From positions 1-58,844 of the forward strand of contig CAZTBI010000004.1 in assembly GCA_964612055.1 (NCBI GenBank): 58,844 nucleotides of DNA. Direction: 5' to 3'. The translations under genes and the position numbers were made by a program. The notes below the pieces were generated by a model. The model worked only from the letters and a program-made list of their open reading frames with translations, was not told the origin of the DNA and searched no databases. This DNA is from an uncultured Bdellovibrionales bacterium. Lineage in GTDB: Bacteria > Patescibacteriota > Minisyncoccia > Moranbacterales > UBA1568. Each line of letters starts with the position of its first letter. Position 1 is the stretch's first letter. Below, one piece after another: positions 39,642 through 49,253 of the stretch.

Positions 39642-41585
39642 TTATCCGCCGTTAGCCTGAACTTTATAGCCCTTACTCCCCACAACAGGATCCTCAGGAA
39701 GATTACTCGTTTTTCTCTCTTTTTCAAGCTTCAGCTCCTGACCAGTAAACGTATCTCTTCCCGTGAAAGTCGCTTTACTCACGAGCGTCATTTCTTGATC
39801 GACACTTCCTGGTGAGGGAACAGCGGCAACCTGGAAGACGAGCTCCCGATTCTTTCCCGGTTCCAAGGTTCCGATATCCCAAACGAGTTCATTGGAACGC
39901 TCATTAAATACCATCTTTTCACTCTCCGGACTTCTCTTGCCAGTGTAGCGGATACCTGTCGGCAAAAGAATACTGACCCGGGCATTTTCAATATTATTGA
40001 GTGAACTAGCCACAGAGTAGTGAAACGTATACGTTGTCTCCTGTCCAACCACAGGAGGCATAGGACCACTATTTGAAAAAGTGGCATCTTGATAATAACC
40101 TTTGAACTCCGTAACAACAGCCGCATTCAATTTGACCGTAAAGGTGCCGCTCGCCACAACCTTCGTCACGCCACCGTTGAGTGCTGGAATATCAGGGCTA
40201 TCAACTTTCGCCACAGACCAAAGGGAGAACTCCCGGACATTTGGAAAACGATCCTTCAAATCACTATAAGTAGCCACAGAAAAGGAAACCGAGCCACTCT
40301 GCCCCGGATCAATTCGGGATAAGGCCGGGACATCAGACGCTTTCCAAAAAATTGTTTTAGAAGATTCCACATACGCTCCTCCAGAACCGAGTTGTAGCGT
40401 ACTCCAATCGATATACGGAGAACCCATTTCTGCCGTCAGAATCGCATCACGAATTCCGACATTCCCTTCATTTTTGTAGGCTATCTGATAAGAAAGTCTT
40501 TGCCCTGGATCGACCGAGAGGGGTGAAGCGCTCCCATTGACTGTTTGCAGGATAATAAAGGGTGAAGCAGCTATACGAGTCCGTCGTTCGTGTTCACGAT
40601 ACGCAACGAAACGACCATCCTCCCGAACTACTCCGATACCACCATGGACTAATTTTTGTTCATCACGCTCCCCTACCAAACGTCCTCGCACAACAATTTT
40701 TCCTTGATCACGAGATTTGAAATCATTAATCAACCACGTGGCGTCACCACTTGATGGACGAGGCTCAGCATCCACAAACGTGAATCCTCGTGGATACTCC
40801 AACCTGATTTGGAGGCCTGAAAAAGTATTCGCGCCCTCATTACCATACTGAATCTCATACTGCACCTCTTGATCAGAAGCGAGTTCCGTCGGCGCTGCGA
40901 TCTCAAAAAAGAGTGGCAGCGAAATCAAGCGTACCTCTTTCTCTGCCTGCTTCTCAAGTGTTTTCCCCGAGCTACCAGAATCAAGATGGAGCGTTGCTAA
41001 GAGAGTTGCCTGGTCTCCGCGTGAAGCATAAAATTTTCCGGATATCTTTACCTGGCCAGTGCCTCTGGACGGTATTTCCCCGACAGTCATCTCGGCCCGA
41101 GTAGGGGCAATAGACAAGCCCGCCGCCGCATCAGGCAGGAACGTCTCCGGATATTCAAAAATAACTTTTCCTCCGCTGATACCCGCTATATTATTGTTCG
41201 TGTATTCAAACGTAAATGTCACCGGCTCAGCACTCGTGGCCGTATCCGAACCACGAAGAGTAACCAGGATACTATCTGCGCTAAAGAACATGAGGTGCAA
41301 CTTCACCGCGACACCAAAAACCAAGAGGAGGAAGGCTATCCCACCTAAAATCAGGGCAATTATTTTCCGACGTGGCCCCCTTTTTTTCTCCGTTATTTTA
41401 CGAGTATCAAAAGCTACCTGAGCGCCCTTTTGCGCAGAGGCTTCCCACGTTTCTGTTTGATGAAATTCAGAAACTGCTGTCGGATCAGTCTGCACGCCCT
41501 GCGGTTCAAAAAGAGTCGGCTTACGCACGCGCTCCAAATGAAGGTCGCGGCTATGCAAAGTATCGTTTAATTCTTCTAGAGCCAT
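39642..41585 (-). CDS. Single-pass membrane protein with repeated Ig/DUF11-like beta domains
   Basis: TM near residue 75; repeated 'Y.I.Y.N.G' beta modules. Confidence 0.65.
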   Translation of the reverse strand: MALEELNDTLHSRDLHLERVRKPTLFEPQGVQTDPTAVSEFHQTETWEASAQKGAQVAFDTRKITEKKRGPRRKIIALILGGIAFLLLVFGVAVKLHLMFFSADSILVTLRGSDTATSAEPVTFTFEYTNNNIAGISGGKVIFEYPETFLPDAAAGLSIAPTRAEMTVGEIPSRGTGQVKISGKFYASRGDQATLLATLHLDSGSSGKTLEKQAEKEVRLISLPLFFEIAAPTELASDQEVQYEIQYGNEGANTFSGLQIRLEYPRGFTFVDAEPRPSSGDATWLINDFKSRDQGKIVVRGRLVGERDEQKLVHGGIGVVREDGRFVAYREHERRTRIAASPFIILQTVNGSASPLSVDPGQRLSYQIAYKNEGNVGIRDAILTAEMGSPYIDWSTLQLGSGGAYVESSKTIFWKASDVPALSRIDPGQSGSVSFSVATYSDLKDRFPNVREFSLWSVAKVDSPDIPALNGGVTKVVASGTFTVKLNAAVVTEFKGYYQDATFSNSGPMPPVVGQETTYTFHYSVASSLNNIENARVSILLPTGIRYTGKRSPESEKMVFNERSNELVWDIGTLEPGKNRELVFQVAAVPSPGSVDQEMTLVSKATFTGRDTFTGQELKLEKERKTSNLPEDPVVGSKGYKVQANGG

Positions 41586-41635
41586 AAAAAGCTTTTGTTT
41601 TCTATTCCCATTGTAGCAAAGAACCTTCTCTTACT

Positions 41636-42358
41636 CTAGCTCTCAATCCACTGAAAGAAACGGGCGCCAATCTGACGGACTTCACGTAATCCCTCTTTTT
41701 CCACGGAAATCTTTGGTAGAGTTTCCAATTTGTTATGAAGAAACAAGCGAATGAGCTTGATAGCGCTCTCGGTCACTGGAAGCGCTCCATGCGCATGATG
41801 GGCATGCTCGCCACGGAGCATACCTCCGGCACTGGGACTAAAGAAGTGACGCTCCCCAGAGGAAAGTTTTTCTCCTGATACCGCACAGACACCGGTTTCG
41901 ATCTCATAACCGAGATGCGCAAAAAGTTGAAAGAGGAACCCTTCTGTGACCAGAAGAACCTTGGTAATCTTCCTCTCCTTGGCAAGATCATTTGTTACTT
42001 CCAGGTATGTTCCTAAAAGTTCAAACAATTCTTTGTCTTGTTGCTCGAAGCCAACTAAACGCTCGAAAACACTCACCGCTTCAAGAACACGTTTATAGAT
42101 ATCGAGATCGTTTCGCAGATGAATGAAACTTTTCTCGGCCACCGCCCCGGCAATCTTGCCCGCGCCACGCCCTTTCACCACGATGATCAGTCCCTGCATC
42201 AAAGTCTCGAGTTGCCCTGCCAATTTGGCTTCTGATTTACGCACTCCTTTCGCGACTAGCATAAGCTTGCCGGCCGTATCAGTGTAGATGGTATACAACC
42301 GATCCGTTTCGCCAACCTCTTTTTTCTTCAAGACAATAGTGTTATAGCGCAGTTCCAT
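41636..42358 (-). CDS. recO: DNA repair protein RecO
   Basis: VGETDRLYTIYT...GKL...AKGVRKSEAKLAG; C..SG...F....GG. Confidence 0.93.
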   Translation of the reverse strand: MELRYNTIVLKKKEVGETDRLYTIYTDTAGKLMLVAKGVRKSEAKLAGQLETLMQGLIIVVKGRGAGKIAGAVAEKSFIHLRNDLDIYKRVLEAVSVFERLVGFEQQDKELFELLGTYLEVTNDLAKERKITKVLLVTEGFLFQLFAHLGYEIETGVCAVSGEKLSSGERHFFSPSAGGMLRGEHAHHAHGALPVTESAIKLIRLFLHNKLETLPKISVEKEGLREVRQIGARFFQWIES

Positions 42359-45225
42359 TAAACGCGTTTCAGAGTAAAAGAAAATTCTTCGCCATCAAGT
42401 TTCACAGTTTCAGAATGTTCCGCATCTGCTAGAGCGCCTCTTTCAACTTTTGTAGCAAGAACTTCTTTGGCAATATCTGTTTCGAACTTCGCGAAGACTT
42501 CATCTTTACCAACATAACCAAGAATAATGCGATCCTCGACATTAAAGCCAGCCTTCTTGCGACCCTCCTGGATCGCGCGCACCACTTCCCGCATCTCGCC
42601 TTCCAGCCTAAGTTCGGGAGTGATTTCCAGATTCAATCCTAATTCCCCTGCTACAATATCTTTTACGTTAAGTTCTTCCTGCAAGATCTCATGCATATCA
42701 CTCGAAAGCTCTGCTGTCCCAATACGGAATTCCGAGAGCGGCTGACGAACTTTGATCTTAGCATCAGCTCGTAATTTCAAACCTTCCGTCACTAAATCGC
42801 GAACGGTATGCATTTGCTCGTTCAACTTCTCATCAATCAAGCTCCCGTCTGCCACAGGATAATCAACCAAATGCACCGACTCTTCTCCTGTTAAGTTCTT
42901 GTAAATTTCTTCGGAGAGGAACGGTGTAAATGGTGCCATCAGTTTCGAGAGAGTAACCAGTACCGTATAGAGCGTCTGGTACGCCTGTTCCTTATCAGCA
43001 TCGTCTTCTGACTTCCAAAAACGCTTGCGACTGCGGCGGATGTACCAATTAGAGAGATTATCGACAAATGGCGCAAAGGCTCGAGTAGCACGATTCAGTT
43101 CGTAAGAACCCATAGCGCTATCCACTTCTTTGATTACCAGTTGTAATTCTGAAAGAATCCAGCGATCAAGCAGGTTGTCCGATAACTTCGCATCTTTCTT
43201 CAGCTCCCAGTTGTCGATACTGGCATACGTAGTGAAAAATGAATACGAATTCCAAAGCATACGAAAGACGTTCCGGACGATATCAGAAAGATCGCGTTCG
43301 GAAAAGTTCAAATTCTCAGCTGCTACGACTGGTGAAGACAAGAGATAGTATCGCAATGCATCAGCGCCATATTTATTCAAAATATCCATCGGATCTGGAT
43401 AGTTTTTCAAGCGCTTCGACATCTTCTTGCCATCTTCTGCCAGCACAATGCCGTTTACAATCACGTTCTGAAAGGCATTACCTTCCTTGATGCCCGTCCC
43501 AATAACATGCTGGTAGTAAAACCAGGCACGCGTCTGATCGATACCTTCAGCAATGAAATTTGCTGGAAACGTCTGTTCAAATTTTTTCTCATTCTCAAAT
43601 GGATAATGGCTCTGAGCGTACGGCATAGAACCCGAATCAAACCAGGTATCGAGAACGTCCGGAATACGATGCATGACCTTGCCACATTTCTCGCACGGCA
43701 CCGTCACTTCATCGACGATGTGCTTGTGAAGATCATCTACCTTTTTTCCACTGGCATCTTCAAGCTCTGCTACTGACCCAAAAACTTTCATCTCACCACA
43801 TTCACATTTCCAAAGTGGCATGACAGAGGCCCAGTAACGCTGACGACTGATTGACCAATCACGTGCTCCTTCGAGCCACTTGCCGAAGCGTCCTTCTTTG
43901 ATGTGCTCCGGTGACCAATGAATGTTCTTGGCCAATTCCAACATCTTTGGCTTGATATCCGTCACCTTCACAAACCAAGACGAAGTAGCATAGTTCAAAA
44001 GCGGCGTATCACAACGCCAACAATGCGGATAGCTGTGTTCGTATTTTTCCTTGGCAAAGAGCGCCCCTTGCTTAGCAAGATATTTAATTATCTCGACATC
44101 CATGGCTTGCGGATCTTCTTTTGATTTCACCGGTTTACCAGCAAAGTCTGTTACTTCCGCTTTCATGGTGCCATCCATATTGACGTGCTGCACCCACGGT
44201 AAGTTGTTTGCCTTCCCCAATTGCATATCGTCCTCACCAAAGGCTGGCGCCTCATGAGCGATGCCCGTTCCCATGTCAGTCGTGACAAAATCTGCATGGT
44301 AGATCTTCCAGCCATTTTCACGATGCTCTAACTTCTCGTCGTTCGCATAGTAATCAAAGAGTGGTTTGTATGATTTGCCAACGAGCTCCTCCCCTTTCAT
44401 CTCTTTCGCAACAGTATATTCTTTGCCAGCAAAAACTTTTTCAGCCAAAGCTTTTGCCACGATGTATTTCACTTCTTCGCATTCCACAACCACATAATCC
44501 AAATCCTTATTCACAGCCAGAGCCACATTCCCCGGCAAGGTCCACGGTGTCGTCGTCCAAGCCAAAACAAAAGTTCCCGGTTCATCAACCAGCTCAAACT
44601 TTGCTGTGACAGCCAAATCCTTCACATCCTTGTAGCCTTCTGCTACTTCTGACTGCGAGAGCGTCGTCTCACAGCGCGGACAAATATGCATGGTTCGGTA
44701 ACTTTCGTAAATCAGTCCCTTGTCCCAGAGTTCTTTGAAGACCCACCAGACACTTTCCATAAAACTCTTGTCCATGGTGGCGTACGGATGTTCCATATCG
44801 GCCCAACGACCGAAACGATTGATGACTTTTTTCCATTCCGCTACATATTCAAGCACCTTGGAACGGCAGATCTCATTAAATTTGGCGACACCTAGAACTT
44901 CAATTTCTTTCTTGTGCGTAATCCCCAGCTCTTTCTCAGCGATGTTCTCGATCGGTAACCCATGACAATCCCAGCCCCACTTACGCTCTACTCGGTAGCC
45001 TTTCATGGTGAAGTAGCGTGGCACAGTATCCTTGATAGCACTCGCCACGATATGACCATAGTGCGGCGTCCCCGTCGCAAACGGCGGCCCATCATAGAAA
45101 CTATAGGGCTTGTCCGCTGGTCGCTGCTCGATCGATTTCTCAAAGATGCGGTTCTCATTCCAGAACTTAAGCACCTCTTCTTCCATCTTCGGAAAACTGA
45201 CTTGCGATTCAACTTTTTTGAACAT
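42358..45225 (-). CDS. ileS: Isoleucine-tRNA ligase, type 2 (HYGH signature)
   Basis: YDGPPFATGTPHYGH, GWDCHGLP, WTTTPWTLPGN, KMSKR. Start trimmed to MFKKVES. Confidence 0.97.
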   Translation of the reverse strand: MFKKVESQVSFPKMEEEVLKFWNENRIFEKSIEQRPADKPYSFYDGPPFATGTPHYGHIVASAIKDTVPRYFTMKGYRVERKWGWDCHGLPIENIAEKELGITHKKEIEVLGVAKFNEICRSKVLEYVAEWKKVINRFGRWADMEHPYATMDKSFMESVWWVFKELWDKGLIYESYRTMHICPRCETTLSQSEVAEGYKDVKDLAVTAKFELVDEPGTFVLAWTTTPWTLPGNVALAVNKDLDYVVVECEEVKYIVAKALAEKVFAGKEYTVAKEMKGEELVGKSYKPLFDYYANDEKLEHRENGWKIYHADFVTTDMGTGIAHEAPAFGEDDMQLGKANNLPWVQHVNMDGTMKAEVTDFAGKPVKSKEDPQAMDVEIIKYLAKQGALFAKEKYEHSYPHCWRCDTPLLNYATSSWFVKVTDIKPKMLELAKNIHWSPEHIKEGRFGKWLEGARDWSISRQRYWASVMPLWKCECGEMKVFGSVAELEDASGKKVDDLHKHIVDEVTVPCEKCGKVMHRIPDVLDTWFDSGSMPYAQSHYPFENEKKFEQTFPANFIAEGIDQTRAWFYYQHVIGTGIKEGNAFQNVIVNGIVLAEDGKKMSKRLKNYPDPMDILNKYGADALRYYLLSSPVVAAENLNFSERDLSDIVRNVFRMLWNSYSFFTTYASIDNWELKKDAKLSDNLLDRWILSELQLVIKEVDSAMGSYELNRATRAFAPFVDNLSNWYIRRSRKRFWKSEDDADKEQAYQTLYTVLVTLSKLMAPFTPFLSEEIYKNLTGEESVHLVDYPVADGSLIDEKLNEQMHTVRDLVTEGLKLRADAKIKVRQPLSEFRIGTAELSSDMHEILQEELNVKDIVAGELGLNLEITPELRLEGEMREVVRAIQEGRKKAGFNVEDRIILGYVGKDEVFAKFETDIAKEVLATKVERGALADAEHSETVKLDGEEFSFTLKRV

Positions 45226-45235
45226 AGGGTTAGAA

Positions 45236-45420
45236 AAACAAAAAATCCTTAACACAAAAATCGTGCTAAGGACGTTCGAAAACGTGGTACCACCTTGCTT
45301 CTCCATCCGCCAGCTGGCGGAGGACTTATTCGCAGCTATTACGGGCTTGCCCGCCAAGGTCTACTCGTCAAAATGACTTTCTTCTTGGAGCTCCGGGGTG
45401 ATTTTCCCCTTCATTGCCTT
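45236..45420 (-). promoter_or_regulatory. Ile T-box riboswitch with ultrashort stem I and intrinsic terminator
   Basis: GGGG-AAAATCA-CCCC specifier (ATC at 45400-45402), AGTA stem II, AAGG-TGGTACC-ACG...CGT-CCTT antiterminator, 10-bp terminator plus U tract. Confidence 0.92.
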
Positions 45421-45429
45421 TACAGGGTA

Positions 45430-45458
45430 ATAGTAGCAGGAGCAATCACTGAAATCAA
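45430..45458 (-). promoter_or_regulatory. sigma70 promoter of the T-box/ileS transcript
   Basis: TTGATT-N17-TACTAT with TGn, placing the start just before stem I. Confidence 0.65.
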
Positions 45459-46159
45459 CCCCTGATACCAACTTTTTTCACGACAACGGAAAAGCGCTCC
45501 ACTAATCCCCGCATCTCTTCATTCGAAAAAGAATGGTACGTTGCGAAAAGCGAATCAAGGGTGTGGCCTGGCCGGAACGTCTGGAGATAGTAACGCTTAG
45601 CACCAGAAAGCATCTCTTCCATATCTTTTAGAACTTTTTCATTATGAATCTCCTTGATCAGCGTGGTTCGGAACTCATAGGGAATACCAGATGCTTTCAG
45701 TAGCCTGATACTCTCTTCGATATTCTCTGGCTTCACCGTGCCACCAACCAATTTCGGATATTCGGCAAGCGAGGTCTTTACATCCATGGCCACATAATCG
45801 ACCAACCCCTGATCGAGAAGTACTCGCAACATCTCCGGATGATTGCCGTTGGTATCGAGTTTTGTGAGAAACCCCTTTTCCTTGATTCTCCGCAGAAACT
45901 CCGGCAGGTCACGCCAAATGGTCGGCTCGCCCCCTGATACCACCACCCCTTCCAAAAGCCCGCGCCGCTTGTCGAGAAAATTGAAAAATGCTTGCTCCTC
46001 GATGAAGTCAGCCTGCAGTTCCTGGATCTTTGCCGGCAGCACGAACTCCGGATTGTGGCAAAAGCCGCAACGCATATTGCACCCAGGAGTGAACGCGATA
46101 CACGCTACCCTTCCTGGGTAGTCGAGCATCGTGAATCGTTGGATAGCTGACAGCTTCAT
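45455..46159 (-). CDS. nrdG: Anaerobic RNR activating radical SAM enzyme
   Basis: GCNMRCGFCHNP (CxxxCxxC), SGGEPT, KLDTNG; adjacent to nrdD. Confidence 0.93.
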   Translation of the reverse strand: MKLSAIQRFTMLDYPGRVACIAFTPGCNMRCGFCHNPEFVLPAKIQELQADFIEEQAFFNFLDKRRGLLEGVVVSGGEPTIWRDLPEFLRRIKEKGFLTKLDTNGNHPEMLRVLLDQGLVDYVAMDVKTSLAEYPKLVGGTVKPENIEESIRLLKASGIPYEFRTTLIKEIHNEKVLKDMEEMLSGAKRYYLQTFRPGHTLDSLFATYHSFSNEEMRGLVERFSVVVKKVGIRG

Positions 46160-46350
46160 GCCTGGCCGTACTGCTTGGTGAAGACGGTATTGTCAGCTAC
46201 ACACTCCTCGAAATGTTTGCGCGAGTAATGCTCAGCCTTCTTGCCGATATTGAAGTGGGAGACGGGGCGATGATAGCCCATAACCCGGGTCCACACTTCA
46301 CAGCGGGTGCGCTTCTCGTTTCGTTCTGCTTGTATTTCTGTCTGCGTCAT
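46156..46350 (-). CDS. Stand-alone glycyl-radical domain of class III RNR (64 aa)
   Basis: RCEVWTRVMGYHRPVSHFNIGK is the NrdD C-terminal radical loop. Confidence 0.88.
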   Translation of the reverse strand: MTQTEIQAERNEKRTRCEVWTRVMGYHRPVSHFNIGKKAEHYSRKHFEECVADNTVFTKQYGQA

Positions 46351-46386
46351 AGATGTAGGGTTATATTTGTTAACTTGGTTGAAAGA

Positions 46387-48501
46387 CTATTTCTCAGCCG
46401 CGGTACTGGCGTAGGTCTTGCGATAAGTCTCGTCGAAACGTTCCCCACTGAGTCCTAGCTCCGTATCACACTTGGGACAAAAGTCATACTCACCGGAAAG
46501 ATAACCGTGTTTCGGGCAGATGGAGAATGTCGGCGTGATGGTGATATATGGCAATCGGTAACGAGTGAGGATTTTTTTCACGAGATTGCGGCAGGCTTCA
46601 GGCGTCGAAATCTTCTCGGTCATGTAGCAATGAAGCACCGTTCCACCCGTATACTTGGTCTGAAGGTCATCCTGCAAGTCGAGCACTTCGAAGACATCGT
46701 CCGTATAGCCCACTGGTACCTGGGAAGAGTTGGTGTAGTATGGCGCATCCGCAGTCCCGGCCTGAAGGATCTTAGGGAAACGCTTCTTGTCTTCCTTGGC
46801 GAAGCGGTAGGTCGTCCCTTCAGCAGGTGTCGCTTCCAGGTTATAGAAGCTCTTGGTCTCTTCCTGGAAGGATTTGATCTTCTCCTGCATATGAACCAGT
46901 ACTTCCAGGGCAAAAGTATGTCCCCAATCGGTCGTGATATTCTCCTTGTCGTCGGTGAAATTCCGGATCGCCTCGTTCAGGCCGTTGATCCCGATGGTCG
47001 AGAAATGATTCTTCAGGTAGCCCAAGTAGCGCTTGGTGTACGGGAAGAGTCCCCGGTCGATCCATTCTTGAATCACTTTGCGTTTGATCTCCAGTGACGT
47101 CTTGGCAAGCTCCATCAAGTGGTCGATCTGGGCATAGAACTTTTCCTTGTCACCTTTGGTAAGATAACCGATGCGAGCCGCATTCAAGGTCACTACCCCG
47201 ATGGATCCCGTCATCTCGGCCGAACCAAAGAGCCCGCCACCGCGCTTGCGCAGTTCCCGCAGATCGAGCTGCAGCCGGCAGCACATGGAACGGACATCGC
47301 CCGGATTGAGACTGGAATTCACGAAATTCTGGAAATACGGCGTGCCGTACTTGGCCGTCATCTGAAACAGCGGCAGATTCTTCTCACTCTCCCAATCGAA
47401 GTCCTTGCCGATATTGTAGGTCGGGATAGGAAAGGTGAAGGCTCGTCCCCTGGCATCGCCCTGGCTCATCACCGCGATGAAGGCCTGGTTGACGACATCC
47501 ATCTCGTGTCCCAGCTCACCAAACGTATACGCGAATGGTTTTCCGCCGAGAAGCAACCGTTTTTCTTTCAGGTCTTCCGGACAGTCCCAGTCGAGCGTGA
47601 TATTGGTGAACGGCGTCTGCGTCCCCCAACGCGAAGGGATGTTCAAGTTGAAAACAAAGGACTGAAGGTTCTGATAAACGTAGGCGTATACCTCGTCCTC
47701 GATGTATTTCTCTTTCGCTTCGTCCGAGATGAAGATCATGCCGTGCCTCTCCATATTCTCACGGAGCTCCAATTCGTACTTCTTCACGAAAGGTGCCATG
47801 TAGGTATCGAAACTGGAAAATGCCTGAGCTCCGGCCCACTCGTTCTGGAGCGTCCCCAAGAAGTTCACCATCTGCGACACAGCTGATGAGAGGTGCTTCG
47901 GAGGGCCGGACTCCACCTTGTTGTCGACACCGTTGAAACCTTCTTCGAGAAGCACACGGAGGCTCCAGCCGGCGCAGTAACCCGAGAACATGTCGAGGTC
48001 GTGGATGTGATAGTCGCCGTTGCGATGCGCCTCCCCAACGCTCTTCGGATAGATATGCGACAACCAATAGTTGGCGATGACGGAGCCTGCTGTATTCAGA
48101 ATGAGTCCGCCGAGCGAGTAGCCCTGATTGGAATTAGCATTGACGCGCCAGTCTGCTCGATTGAGATAATCAGCCACCGTCTTTTCTACCTCGACCACCA
48201 CATTCTTATCTGCTCGAGCCTCCCGACGTTTCTCACGATAGAGAATATAGGCTTTGGCCATCTCGGCATAGTCATAGCGGATGAGCACATCCTCCACGAC
48301 ATCCTGGATCTGCTCGACGGTTGGAATCTGATCGCTATACATATCTTCAAGCTCTACTTCTACTTCTTTGACCAATGTCTCAGGAATCACCTGATCCAAA
48401 TACCCAACTGCCTGTGCGGCCTTGACAATAGCATTCTTGATTTTCCCCAAATCAAAATCAACAATGGCTCCATTTCTCTTCTGTACTTTGTAGAGCGGCA
48501 T
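46387..48501 (-). CDS. nrdD: Class III anaerobic ribonucleotide reductase large subunit with ATP-cone, lacking the glycyl-radical loop
   Basis: KVQKRNG ATP-cone, HIHDL, RSMCCRL, NLEATPAEG, C-terminal CPKHG...CPKCD. Confidence 0.93.
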   Translation of the reverse strand: MPLYKVQKRNGAIVDFDLGKIKNAIVKAAQAVGYLDQVIPETLVKEVEVELEDMYSDQIPTVEQIQDVVEDVLIRYDYAEMAKAYILYREKRREARADKNVVVEVEKTVADYLNRADWRVNANSNQGYSLGGLILNTAGSVIANYWLSHIYPKSVGEAHRNGDYHIHDLDMFSGYCAGWSLRVLLEEGFNGVDNKVESGPPKHLSSAVSQMVNFLGTLQNEWAGAQAFSSFDTYMAPFVKKYELELRENMERHGMIFISDEAKEKYIEDEVYAYVYQNLQSFVFNLNIPSRWGTQTPFTNITLDWDCPEDLKEKRLLLGGKPFAYTFGELGHEMDVVNQAFIAVMSQGDARGRAFTFPIPTYNIGKDFDWESEKNLPLFQMTAKYGTPYFQNFVNSSLNPGDVRSMCCRLQLDLRELRKRGGGLFGSAEMTGSIGVVTLNAARIGYLTKGDKEKFYAQIDHLMELAKTSLEIKRKVIQEWIDRGLFPYTKRYLGYLKNHFSTIGINGLNEAIRNFTDDKENITTDWGHTFALEVLVHMQEKIKSFQEETKSFYNLEATPAEGTTYRFAKEDKKRFPKILQAGTADAPYYTNSSQVPVGYTDDVFEVLDLQDDLQTKYTGGTVLHCYMTEKISTPEACRNLVKKILTRYRLPYITITPTFSICPKHGYLSGEYDFCPKCDTELGLSGERFDETYRKTYASTAAEK

Positions 48502-48538
48502 ACGTTTTCATTACTATAATTACTGTCGAATACAATCA

Positions 48539-49144
48539 CTAGCAACCAAACTGGCCTTCCCCACAGGGAGCGGGAAGTTCTTTGGCTATCGGGATGCCAG
48601 GGGCACTTCCACTTATTACATATTCTTCTGGCTTGGTAATCGCCCACTCATGCTCGTGATTCCATGTCTCCCACCCGTACCGCCATTCGTTCCACCCAAT
48701 ACCCAGGTGCTTCACATAGATATCTTGTTCGGCAAGCATGAGGCCAATTTTTCTCCCTGTCATACAGGCCGTGCTGTAACAGTAGACAATAATATCTTTC
48801 TCTTTCGGAAGTGCCTGAAACTGACCAATGATACGCTCTTCCTCATCATAAGCGCTTGTATCTGGATCGCTATATGCTGGAATATTCACCGCTCCGACAA
48901 TATGCTCTTTCTCATACTCCACCGCACTCCGCAAGTCCACAAGTATAAAGCTCTTGTCCTGCTTGTCCATAAGTTTGCGTAAACCATGGGGACTGACTTT
49001 AACAGCATTTTCTACCCGGTAGTATTCGGCTATAGCATCTTCTTTCACTGGAGTCTTGAAACGCTCGGAAAGGAGTACTATATTTCCTCCCAGTAAAATA
49101 CCAAACAACACCGATACCCCCACTAATTTGATCTGCTCATTCAT
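48539..49144 (-). CDS. Membrane-anchored rhodanese-domain protein
   Basis: N-terminal TM; DLRS..EY...HI.GAVNIP, IVYCYSTAC, LGIGWNEW. Start trimmed to MNEQIK. Confidence 0.85.
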   Translation of the reverse strand: MNEQIKLVGVSVLFGILLGGNIVLLSERFKTPVKEDAIAEYYRVENAVKVSPHGLRKLMDKQDKSFILVDLRSAVEYEKEHIVGAVNIPAYSDPDTSAYDEEERIIGQFQALPKEKDIIVYCYSTACMTGRKIGLMLAEQDIYVKHLGIGWNEWRYGWETWNHEHEWAITKPEEYVISGSAPGIPIAKELPAPCGEGQFGC

Positions 49145-49188
49145 AACAATATTTCTAAGGATTACGAGAAATACTCTACATACTTTAT

Positions 49189-49216
49189 AAACACTAAAAA
49201 CAAAAAAAGGTGTCAA
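49189..49216 (-). promoter_or_regulatory. Bipartite motif TTGACACCTTTT-N9-AGTGTTT upstream of rhodanese-nrd unit
   Basis: Same motif recurs upstream of nirK at 51638-51666. Confidence 0.55.
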
Positions 49217-49226
49217 GACGACACCT
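49201..49226 (-). terminator. Terminator after PAS-ECF gene (overlaps the motif)
   Basis: AGGTGTC-GTCTT-GACACCT followed by a T run. Confidence 0.7.
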
Positions 49227-49253
49227 AAAGATCACGTGCAAGGTTTCTTCTCC

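Noticed and set aside
45226-45357. N-terminal extension of IleRS
   Set aside because: It is the T-box leader read in frame.
46387-46389. Pyrrolysine or recoded TAG in nrdD
   Set aside because: TAG ends several other genes here, no pyl genes are seen, and the spacer looks intergenic.
46507-48519. Long plus-strand ORFs (196, 255 and 208 aa) opposite nrdD, and similar shadows opposite the giant gene, nirK, SLT-like gene and argS
   Set aside because: Antisense shadows of strongly biased coding sequence; no motifs or start signals.
48502-48538. NrdR box before nrdD
   Set aside because: Best match is about 9/16 in AT-rich DNA, with no tandem pair.
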